From: Minisyncoccia bacterium
GTDB lineage: Bacteria > Patescibacteriota > Minisyncoccia > Moranbacterales > GCA-2747515
DNA length: 64,000 nt
NCBI GenBank assembly: GCA_041738235.1
Contig: JBGSQF010000004.1
Coordinates: 6,215 to 70,214, forward strand
Direction of reading: 5' to 3'
Shown here: positions 54,933-63,108 of the stretch, in pieces
Layout of the letters: the number at the start of each line of letters is the position of its first letter
How positions within the stretch are numbered: the first letter of the stretch is position 1
Translations under genes and position numbers: made by a program
The notes under the pieces: generated by a model
The model's input: the letters and a program-made list of their open reading frames with translations, nothing else
What the model was told of the DNA's origin: nothing
Database searches by the model: none

Positions 54933-57719
54933 ATGTTTTTCAAAAAGAAAACGCTTCTTGCAGGAATTCTCATTTTACAACTCTTTTTTACCAATACCGC
55001 TTCTGCTGACTGGTTCAATATTGGTAACTGGCCAAGTGTTGATGAGGTCGCCAGTCAGATCGAACAGCGCTACCATGTTAATACTGGATCCGTTCAAAAT
55101 CTAGGTGAGACGATGAACGTGTCCTCACAAAAAGAAACCGCACCCGAAGTAATGCTCTTTTTCTCTCCCAGTAATCCTGTCCCCGGAAAAGAAATTACTG
55201 CACAAGCAAATCCTGTTTACTTCAGTAATAGCACAGAACAGCTCTACTATACCTGGTACATCAAGCACAAGGACTGCGATAAAGACTCAAGTGTCAGTAA
55301 CGGAGATAGCAATAAATACTGTGATGTTGATGATGATGGAGATGTTGATGAAAAGGACTGGAAGATCGAAGCGATGCGAACGATCGCCAATAGCGGATTT
55401 GACACCAACCGAGCCGATTACAGCCAAAACACCGACAACGACGGTTATAAAGCTCGCTGGGGAGGCGATGAAAATACCAATATACCTGAACACTGTTACA
55501 TCCAAGACTTTAGTTCAGGAACCCTCTATGAATTTGCCAGTGGGTCTGAAAGCACCAGTTACGGTTGCGGGGCGGGACAAGTGGCACGCTGTGTCAAAAA
55601 TACCAACATTACCTGTACTGAGGATGCTCCCAATCCTTTCGACCCGCCAATAGAAAATACGTACGGAGTATGTCAGAACACCGGACAGGCCCCTCTTTGT
55701 TTTAATACCAGTGTTGTTTGCGAAGGGTCTTCCCTCGATCCAACCCTAACTCCAATGTGCGTTCCCTCGGGGTATGCCACACCCACCTGCACAGACTCCA
55801 ATCTCGATTCCTCACTCTGTGCACAAGTGGGAACACCAATTACCTCCTGCTCGCTCAATACCTCAAATGTAAGTAATGGTTGTAATCACCTCTTCCCTAA
55901 TGCCCCGGGAGATACTACTGGAGATGGAACTTTTGGTCTCAGTGAGGAAAAATTTTGGCAAACAAACCCTCAAGATCCCGACACGGCAGATACCGGGCAC
56001 GGGGACGAGGCCAATGTTGCCGGTCTTGGACAAGACACTTTTACCTGGAACTACGAAGTGGGAGACAAGGTGGGAGTAGTTGTTGAAGGAACCTCCATTA
56101 TCACCACGAAACATGACGATCGCTCTTATGCGATAATGTGGGCGCTTCCCAAAAATGATTGCCCCATCCAAAATGCTTCTTCTTATCGCCAAACTATACG
56201 AGGGTATGATGTGACTTTTTACACCACGACCACCAACATTAACGACTGTCTCGAAAAAAACCTCGTCGACCCGAGAGAGGGGGGCCAAACAGGAAAACTC
56301 GGGATCTCTCTTGATTACACCCCAAACACACCCTTCAACGATGCCTCCGGAGATGATTTTGGAACCACCCTTAATGTATTTAGCTCTCTCCAAAACCCAG
56401 AAAGCTCCAAAGACACGATCCGCTACGAATGGACCGTTGCCATAAGCAGAGATGGCACATTCAACCCCCGCGGGTACAGTGCCGATGAAGCAAGAGATAC
56501 AACAGGGGGACAGGGCTGGCGCGATATTACGAGTTTCCTTCGTGACAATAAACTCATTGATTTTACTCAAGGAAATGGGGTGGATAATATAAACATCAAG
56601 CTCAACCTCACCAATGAGCGCCTTGCCGATCTATCCACCAATATCGCAACTCTTTTTCCTGGAGAAACGGGGTATCTCAAAGTAACCGCGAGAGCTATAG
56701 AGTATGTTAGTCTTGATGAAGCTGCCCGAGAAGACACTGCGTCCGTCGTTATTCCCGTCACCTCTACCGATCGATACATATCCGCAAAAGGTGTTTCAGT
56801 TTCCGATGGCAAGCTCTCTCTTGGAGATGCGATCTGCGAGGAAAGGGTCGACGAGCAAACCAACCCCCTAGGAATTGGAAGAAACCTTTGTTTAGTAGCA
56901 AAAAATGAGATCATTGGACTAACCGTCAATAACACCAGTAATCTTACAGATTTTCAGTGGACCTCAAACGGACAACCTCTTAATTGCACCAATGATATGT
57001 CCTCTAATTGTTCCAATACATCCGCCACCAGCACAAACTTTCTCCCTATCATCGACGATTCCGGAAAAACCTACGAGGTGTCCCTTACGGCCATTAACGC
57101 CGAAACAGGAAAGAAAATCACCGTTTCCCGGACCTTCCTCATCGTTGATCCCACTGTAAAAATACGCTCTAACAATAGAGAACTTGCATGGCCAAAATAC
57201 CTTGGTTATTACAAAGGGACCGACGGTTACGCCTATGCCGACTATAGCGACGATGAGTTTCAGGGGTATCCTGGGGTAGCCCCCACTTTCTCCGTAGAAT
57301 TTATACCAAGTTGGATACAAAACCGAGCAAAATGGGAATGGTTTTTTAATGGAAATTCCATCGCAAAAGATATTCTCGAGGTAGGATTTCCCCTCGACGG
57401 TTCCCCTGGTGATGTGGTAAGCCTCTCAGTCAATGGTTTTTCTCTCGAAGATGACGCTATCCGCACTGCCCTTAAAACATTCTGGGACTATTCTGTGTTC
57501 GAAAGCACAGAACACACACTATCCCATAAGATCGATGTCCAGACTGTCCAAGGAGAAGCAGAAGAAACAGCTATGAGCTCACCAAAAGCCTTCTTCGCCG
57601 CTATCGCAAAAAATGTCTCTGGGCAGATCCTCTTCGTGGTTCAACTTTTCCTCTGGGTAGGAACTCTCATCGTTCTCTTGGGAGGTATATTCGCTCTAAG
57701 TGGATGGAATCGACGATAG
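54933..57719 (+). CDS. large Cys-rich secreted surface protein with C-terminal TM anchor
   Basis: The start was trimmed to ATG 54933 (MFFKKKTLLAGILILQLFFTNTASA, a signal peptide); the track starts at 54783. It is about 929 aa with many Cys and D/N/T-rich segments (DVDDDGDVDEKD). The C-terminal TM is ILFVVQLFLWVGTLIVLLGGIFAL. Confidence 0.6.
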   Translation: MFFKKKTLLAGILILQLFFTNTASADWFNIGNWPSVDEVASQIEQRYHVNTGSVQNLGETMNVSSQKETAPEVMLFFSPSNPVPGKEITAQANPVYFSNSTEQLYYTWYIKHKDCDKDSSVSNGDSNKYCDVDDDGDVDEKDWKIEAMRTIANSGFDTNRADYSQNTDNDGYKARWGGDENTNIPEHCYIQDFSSGTLYEFASGSESTSYGCGAGQVARCVKNTNITCTEDAPNPFDPPIENTYGVCQNTGQAPLCFNTSVVCEGSSLDPTLTPMCVPSGYATPTCTDSNLDSSLCAQVGTPITSCSLNTSNVSNGCNHLFPNAPGDTTGDGTFGLSEEKFWQTNPQDPDTADTGHGDEANVAGLGQDTFTWNYEVGDKVGVVVEGTSIITTKHDDRSYAIMWALPKNDCPIQNASSYRQTIRGYDVTFYTTTTNINDCLEKNLVDPREGGQTGKLGISLDYTPNTPFNDASGDDFGTTLNVFSSLQNPESSKDTIRYEWTVAISRDGTFNPRGYSADEARDTTGGQGWRDITSFLRDNKLIDFTQGNGVDNINIKLNLTNERLADLSTNIATLFPGETGYLKVTARAIEYVSLDEAAREDTASVVIPVTSTDRYISAKGVSVSDGKLSLGDAICEERVDEQTNPLGIGRNLCLVAKNEIIGLTVNNTSNLTDFQWTSNGQPLNCTNDMSSNCSNTSATSTNFLPIIDDSGKTYEVSLTAINAETGKKITVSRTFLIVDPTVKIRSNNRELAWPKYLGYYKGTDGYAYADYSDDEFQGYPGVAPTFSVEFIPSWIQNRAKWEWFFNGNSIAKDILEVGFPLDGSPGDVVSLSVNGFSLEDDAIRTALKTFWDYSVFESTEHTLSHKIDVQTVQGEAEETAMSSPKAFFAAIAKNVSGQILFVVQLFLWVGTLIVLLGGIFALSGWNRR

Positions 57720-57760
57720 ATCCCTGCACAAAAATTTTAAACTCTGATATTGTCTGTCTC

Positions 57761-58897
57761 ATGGCAAAAAAGTTTTTTATTGGCTCCTCCGTATTTCTCC
57801 TTGTCCTCCTTTCCCTGTGGGGTATTTATAATTTGTTTTTTGCCCAAAAAGAGACCTCGAAAGCATCTCCGGATGTCCCCACAACTGAAACACCAAAAAC
57901 CGAGATAAAAAAATCCACCGCGATCCAGATAGCCATCGACACACCCATACTTTCTCCATCAATATCTTCCGACGGAGATGGATCAATCCTCTACATCGAC
58001 AAAAACACCGGTTCATTGCAAAAACTTGATCTGGCTTCCGGGAAAAAAGAGGTCTTGTCCGATATAACGCTCACCTCTCCAATAAGCGCTATTTGGAAAA
58101 CAAATGGCACAGCAGCGATCGCGAAGGAATTCCGATCGAATGAACCCTCTTTTCGCCTCATATCTTTTGTAAACTCTGTCCCTCCAGCCTTACTCAAATG
58201 GGGTATTCGCTACCTCATCTGGGACGAACTTGAAAACAACATCATCTATACTTATCAAGATGCTGCTGGAAAAATGACCCTAAATCGCGCTCTCCCGGAC
58301 GGATCTGAGTGGAAAGAGCTTGAAAAACTGCCCTCAACGCCAGTGTTCATACAATCGATCCCCAAATCCCCCCTCATTGCTCTCTGGGAAAGACCGGCGA
58401 ACAACCGCGTAGGGGAACTCAAGACCATCAACATCACCAATGGGGAGACAAAAACGCTCTTTCCCGGAAAATATGGGGCCAACTATCTCTGGTCACCCAA
58501 TGGGGAGAACATTCTTCTCAGCTGGGCACCCGAAAAAAACAAATCGAGAATAACCTTAGCTATGATCAATAAGAATGGGGGTGAATATACCGACCTCAAC
58601 TTTCCTACCCTTGTAGAAAAGTGTGTTTGGCTTAACGACAACAAGACAGTGTACTGTGCCCTCCCCGGATCGCTCTCACAGACAGCCGTCATGCCCGATG
58701 ATTTTTATGGACAATCCTTCTCGAGTAGTGACACTTTCTGGAAGATCGACACAGAAACAGGAAAATCAGAGAGGATCGTGGCCTTGGAAGATATGTCTGA
58801 ATCATTTGATGCCGTTACTCTTTTGGTCTCTCCGGACGAATCCAAGTTGTTTTTTGTAAATCGAAAAGATAACAAGCTCTACTCGATTCAGTTATAG
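57761..58897 (+). CDS. membrane-anchored beta-propeller-like (TolB/DPP-IV N-terminal-like) protein
   Basis: The start was trimmed to MAKKFFIGSSVFLLVLLSLWGIY (TM). Repeated beta-strand-rich segments occur with W/D spacing (YLIWDELENN, LWSPNGEN, VWLNDNKTVY, LLVSPDESKLFFVN). Confidence 0.5.
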   Translation: MAKKFFIGSSVFLLVLLSLWGIYNLFFAQKETSKASPDVPTTETPKTEIKKSTAIQIAIDTPILSPSISSDGDGSILYIDKNTGSLQKLDLASGKKEVLSDITLTSPISAIWKTNGTAAIAKEFRSNEPSFRLISFVNSVPPALLKWGIRYLIWDELENNIIYTYQDAAGKMTLNRALPDGSEWKELEKLPSTPVFIQSIPKSPLIALWERPANNRVGELKTINITNGETKTLFPGKYGANYLWSPNGENILLSWAPEKNKSRITLAMINKNGGEYTDLNFPTLVEKCVWLNDNKTVYCALPGSLSQTAVMPDDFYGQSFSSSDTFWKIDTETGKSERIVALEDMSESFDAVTLLVSPDESKLFFVNRKDNKLYSIQL

Positions 58898-58906
58898 CTG
58901 TGTACT

Positions 58907-60031
58907 ATGAAAAAATCTTTCCTATTTTTTTCCATACTATTGGCTGTGTTTTTTGTTCCCTCATCCACCTTCGGTTTAGGAAATACAACAACCTGTCAAA
59001 CTACCCTCAGCTACTATAGAGCGTGTGTCTATGGTGGCACAGCCTGTTCAACTGGTTGGACAGAATCCTCTCTCGCCTGTTCAAACAATACCGCTGGAGA
59101 AACTGGAAAATGTTGTGAAAAAAGCACACAAACAACTTCCACCGGAAACCCAAGCTCTACAACCACATCTACCTCCGCTTCCTTCACTTACACTCCCCTT
59201 GAAGAGATCCCGGGACAAGGAACTACAAGTGACCTTTCTTCCTACATAAAGGGACTCTATTCTTTTAGTATCTTCTCTGTGGGAATAGCAGCCCTTCTTA
59301 TGGTGATCATAGGTGGGTTTATCTACGTAACGGCAGCAGGGAACACCTCGAATGTAGACAAAGGGAAGGAATATATAAAAGATGCCTTTTTTGGAATACT
59401 TATAGCCTTCGGATCGTATCTTATATTGTACGTCATCAATCCAGATCTAGTGAATGTCGATCTGAGCAGCTTAAGCAAGTTAGCAATGGTAGGGGGAAGT
59501 GGATCATCCTACACTGAACAAAGTACCCCCGTTAAGGGATCCGGAAATGGTACATGCGACCCGGTGCCAAGCGGATCTTGCTCTGTAGAGTCACTTAAAA
59601 GCACCTGTCTCGCATCAAATGCAGAGGCGTTTTCTCGCCTATGTAACAAGGAAAGTGCGGGCGCAGTAAACTCCTCAAGTGGAGTTGATATCTGCTCCAA
59701 TTATGGAAATGCGAGTTTTTCTGGAGGACTCTTCCAAATCAATGTTTTTTCAAATGGAAGCATGCTTGGGGACTCCCGCTGTAATAATTTGGGAAGCAAA
59801 GGCACCTGCGCCAACAGAAGAGCAAGTGACGGAGTATGTCTTGGTTGGAACTGCCAATTAACTGCTGGAAATGCTAATGACCTCAATTATTGTATGGGTC
59901 TCACAAAAACAGCAGATAAAAATATTTCTGTAGCCTGTCAACTCTCCGGAAACGGCGTCAACACAACCCCCTGGGCGTGCAGCGCCAACAAATGCGGACT
60001 CGGCGGCACATCAAGCTCTTTCTGTAAGTAA
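58907..60031 (+). CDS. secreted Cys-rich protein containing a VirB2/TrbC-pilin-like two-helix hairpin (paralog 1)
   Basis: 374 aa. It has a signal peptide, a Cys-rich N-domain and a T/S linker. The hairpin follows: LYSFSIFSVGIAALLMVIIGGFIYV (TM1) - TAAGNTSNVDKGKEYIKDA (short loop) - FFGILIAFGSYLILYVI (TM2). A Cys-rich C-terminal domain of about 190 aa follows. Confidence 0.6.
   Translation: MKKSFLFFSILLAVFFVPSSTFGLGNTTTCQTTLSYYRACVYGGTACSTGWTESSLACSNNTAGETGKCCEKSTQTTSTGNPSSTTTSTSASFTYTPLEEIPGQGTTSDLSSYIKGLYSFSIFSVGIAALLMVIIGGFIYVTAAGNTSNVDKGKEYIKDAFFGILIAFGSYLILYVINPDLVNVDLSSLSKLAMVGGSGSSYTEQSTPVKGSGNGTCDPVPSGSCSVESLKSTCLASNAEAFSRLCNKESAGAVNSSSGVDICSNYGNASFSGGLFQINVFSNGSMLGDSRCNNLGSKGTCANRRASDGVCLGWNCQLTAGNANDLNYCMGLTKTADKNISVACQLSGNGVNTTPWACSANKCGLGGTSSSFCK
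59163..59480. repeat. ~320-bp near-identical direct repeat, copy A (pilin-like hairpin-coding segment)
   Basis: It matches 61111..61430 at about 85-90% identity, including a 58-nt identical run CCACATCTACCTCCGCTTCCTTCACTTACACTCCCCTTGAAGAGATCCCGGGACAAGG. Confidence 0.85.
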
Positions 60032-60049
60032 ATTTTCATTTACAAGTTT

Positions 60050-60532
60050 ATGTCTTTTTTCAAAAAAACCCTTCTTTTTACAGCACTTTTTCTTATTATC
60101 TTTGGAGTTATTGCATACCTCTTTCTCAAAAAGACCTCCCCATCAAACACAACCCCAAAACAAACAGAGGAAACAATACAACTTAATAAACAAATAGAGT
60201 CTACCGTCCTTCCAGAAGCCCAACTGATTGACAAAGGCACTTACCTCATACAGGAAGGGAAACAAGAAGCCAATTCTCCAAATCCAGATTATTCGATATA
60301 CTATTTTCAAGAAACAGGACAATATAGTATCGTTCTTCTCAAAACCCCCCTCGAAGAAACTAGAAAAGAAGCGGAAGAAGCTTTCCTAAAACAGGTCGCG
60401 GCATCCGGCGTTACAAAACAAGATGCATGCAAACTCTTTGTCACCGTTCAAACCATAGCAAGTGTCGACGAGATAAACTCTGGAAGAAATTTTGGACTCA
60501 GTTTTTGCCCAAATGCCAAAAACTTCGATTAG
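60050..60532 (+). CDS. small N-terminally anchored secreted protein, unknown function
   Basis: 160 aa with an N-terminal TM (LLFTALFLIIFGVIAYLFL) and no motif. Confidence 0.45.
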   Translation: MSFFKKTLLFTALFLIIFGVIAYLFLKKTSPSNTTPKQTEETIQLNKQIESTVLPEAQLIDKGTYLIQEGKQEANSPNPDYSIYYFQETGQYSIVLLKTPLEETRKEAEEAFLKQVAASGVTKQDACKLFVTVQTIASVDEINSGRNFGLSFCPNAKNFD

Positions 60533-60644
60533 TAAAGGGCCTTTTAAAAAATTCTTCTCTGCTCTATTCGTCAAAATCCTTTGTTTTGTTACAATATTAA
60601 CCAGCTATAGCCAACTAAAAGATCCTTCTTTAAATACCCTTTTG

Positions 60645-60659
60645 TGCTATACTAGTATC
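60645..60659 (+). promoter_or_regulatory. extended -10 / palindromic TATACTAGTAT element upstream of pilin-like paralog 2
   Basis: TGcTATACT is at 60645..60653, and the palindromic core ATACTAGTAT is shared with the 30525 palindrome. Confidence 0.45.
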
Positions 60660-60689
60660 ATTAATAAAATATATTTTATTTATCCTTCC

Positions 60690-61961
60690 ATGACCAAGAG
60701 CCTACTTCCAAGAAAGATGTTCCTCCTCTTTTTTATTTTCTCCTGTTTCGTTTTTCTGCCAAGTCTGTGTCATGGGGTCGTGGAAACGCCAGTTCCCTCA
60801 GTGGACTGTGAGAATCCTTCAATTTGGGGAGGAAGTTGCGGAGGAGTATGCGGACAAGGACGAAAATCAGTAGGAGTATGTACTGGAAATTTAACCGGTG
60901 GCTGGTGCTGCGTCACAAGCGAGCAATACGATAAACTTGCAGAACAAGGAAAGGTACCCAAAGAAACGCCAACATCAACAGGAACCGATGAGTGCCAAAA
61001 GAACGGGGGAACTTGTAGCCAAAGCTGTTCCGGTATAGGGGCCGCTTACGGAAATTGCGAAAACGGACCGCCGGTTGTGTATTGTTGCCAAAAAAATAGC
61101 ACGTCTACATCCACATCTACCTCCGCTTCCTTCACTTACACTCCCCTTGAAGAGATCCCGGGACAAGGCATAACAACCGACCTTTCCTCGTATATAAAAG
61201 GGCTCTACTCCTTTGCAATATTCTCTGTAGGGATAGCAGCCCTTCTCATGGTGATCATAGGTGGGTTTATCTACGTAACGGCGGCAGGGAATACCTCAAA
61301 TGTAGATAAAGGGAAAGGATATATTCGCGATGCTCTTATTGGGATACTTATCGCCTTTGGATCCTACCTCATCCTCTACGTGATCAACCCGGACCTGGTA
61401 AATATTGATCTGAGCAACTTAAATAAGCTCTCTCTTTCCGGAGGAGTGGGCTCCACTGGATCGACCGGATCAGGAACGGGCGGTTCAGGAAGTGCAACCT
61501 CAAACCCAGGAACCTGCGGGGGTATAAAGGTCCAATCAGGAACGGCAGGATGTTCACTAGCCTCAGGTGATCTTGGTGGAATGCTCTCCTGCATGGTGGG
61601 GAAGGGAATAAATAACTACTCCGGATACGTCTACTCCGTCACTTCCAATGCCACCGGAGATAACAAAGAGGCTTCTGCTGCTTGCTGCGGAAACGGACAC
61701 TCTGCAAAATGCCCTCATAGTAATACAAGTTGTCATCACGGATGTACAATGTCAGACAAGGGAAGCTCTTACTCGGTTGACTATTTGACCACCAGCCTTT
61801 CAGACACACAGATCTGCGAAGTAGTAGATATTGCCATAGCTTGCGGCGCAACTACCAGTGGAAATATCTGGGGACCCAAAACCATGTGTAACGGAAAGGT
61901 CCATTACGCAAGTGGCCATGGCAACCACCTCCACATCCCTACGAGTAGCTGTGGTCACTAA
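60690..61961 (+). CDS. secreted Cys-rich protein containing a VirB2/TrbC-pilin-like two-helix hairpin (paralog 2)
   Basis: The start was trimmed to ATG 60690 (MTKSLLPRKMFLLFFIFSCFVFLPSLCHG, a signal peptide); the track starts at 60492. It has the same SASFTYTPLEEIPGQG...LYSFAIFSVGIAALLMVIIGGFIYVTAAGNTSNVDKGKGYIRDALIGILIAFGSYLILYVINPDLVN block as paralog 1. The Cys-rich N- and C-domains differ. Confidence 0.6.
   Translation: MTKSLLPRKMFLLFFIFSCFVFLPSLCHGVVETPVPSVDCENPSIWGGSCGGVCGQGRKSVGVCTGNLTGGWCCVTSEQYDKLAEQGKVPKETPTSTGTDECQKNGGTCSQSCSGIGAAYGNCENGPPVVYCCQKNSTSTSTSTSASFTYTPLEEIPGQGITTDLSSYIKGLYSFAIFSVGIAALLMVIIGGFIYVTAAGNTSNVDKGKGYIRDALIGILIAFGSYLILYVINPDLVNIDLSNLNKLSLSGGVGSTGSTGSGTGGSGSATSNPGTCGGIKVQSGTAGCSLASGDLGGMLSCMVGKGINNYSGYVYSVTSNATGDNKEASAACCGNGHSAKCPHSNTSCHHGCTMSDKGSSYSVDYLTTSLSDTQICEVVDIAIACGATTSGNIWGPKTMCNGKVHYASGHGNHLHIPTSSCGH
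61111..61430. repeat. ~320-bp near-identical direct repeat, copy B
   Basis: See copy A (59163..59480). The two copies are 1948 bp apart in direct orientation. Confidence 0.85.
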
Positions 61962-63108
61962 AGACAAACAACCAAAAAACGACACTGAGCATATTTCCCC
62001 AAAAGACCGTATCCACCGATCCATGCAGAAATAATGCAAAAAGCACACAAAAGACCCCAATTGTAAAAATATTGGTGGTTTTTTTATTCTTGTAAAACGC
62101 AAAAACCACATTCCCCACCACTATAAGAAATCCGATCACACCCAACACTCCCGCATACAGCCAGAAAGCAAGAAGCGTATTGTGTGGATGCGGAACTGCC
62201 CATTCAAGATAGGGGGGATAGAATTTCTGGTATTCCAAGTATATATCTTGAAAATTCCCCGGACCAATACCAAAAAGGGTATTATCAGCTCCAATTTGGA
62301 CCGCGCTTCTCCAGATCATCATCCGAGAAGCAAGAGATGACCGTTCCAAGAAGAGCTCCTTTTGAAGAAAAAACAAGAAAAAACCACCCAACAACAACAC
62401 TGACCCAGCCATAAAAAATGCCTTATACTTTTTCAAAAACCCCCAATGTAAAGCCGCCTCACCCAAAAATATCCCCACCAGAGACGAAATGATTGACCCA
62501 GACGATCCGGTGGCCACCATTGCAAGACAAAGGATCACAATGACCGGAAGTACTATCCTACGGGTACCCTTTATCCCCTCTCGATACAAAAACCACGCCA
62601 TAATGAAAGCTGGAACAATATACATTGCTAGTTGATTGGGGGATTCATACCAGCCACGTAGGCGGTGGTCATAGGTTATCGAAAAAGATTCGGGAAGAAA
62701 AAAAGAAAGAAGCGCAACAAAGAACGCCGACCCCATATAGAAAAAAATTCCCTTACGCAAGGAAAATCCACAAAGATACGACAAAAAAACGAATAAAAAG
62801 GGGAGAACGACCCAACTCTTGATGATCCCCAGCTCACGAAACTGGATCCCATGAGAGAGGAAAGAAGCAAAAACCGTTCCCAGAACGATACAAAAGAATC
62901 CCCCCATTACCCATCTCTTCTCCTGTATTCTTTGCCACATTTTTTCTTTTTCTGTAGGAAAAAACAACAGCCCAAAAGAAAGTAGTATCGTCATGCCCTC
63001 AAGTATGTCCAATGCATTAAGCAAAGAAAAAACGCCTCCAAGATAAATAGGATAGACGGGAAGGAAAAAGAGGGTACTTAGAAAAAATATTTCAGCTATT
63101 TTTCTCAT
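61939..63108 (-). CDS. O-antigen ligase / Wzy_C-family polytopic membrane protein
   Basis: 389 aa with about 11 TM. The Wzy_C signature is RSSLASRMMIWRSAVQIGADNTLFGIGPGNFQ (the R..W......P.FG.G.G.F box). Confidence 0.7.
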   Translation of the reverse strand: MRKIAEIFFLSTLFFLPVYPIYLGGVFSLLNALDILEGMTILLSFGLLFFPTEKEKMWQRIQEKRWVMGGFFCIVLGTVFASFLSHGIQFRELGIIKSWVVLPFLFVFLSYLCGFSLRKGIFFYMGSAFFVALLSFFLPESFSITYDHRLRGWYESPNQLAMYIVPAFIMAWFLYREGIKGTRRIVLPVIVILCLAMVATGSSGSIISSLVGIFLGEAALHWGFLKKYKAFFMAGSVLLLGGFFLFFLQKELFLERSSLASRMMIWRSAVQIGADNTLFGIGPGNFQDIYLEYQKFYPPYLEWAVPHPHNTLLAFWLYAGVLGVIGFLIVVGNVVFAFYKNKKTTNIFTIGVFCVLFALFLHGSVDTVFWGNMLSVVFWLFVFSDHSYS

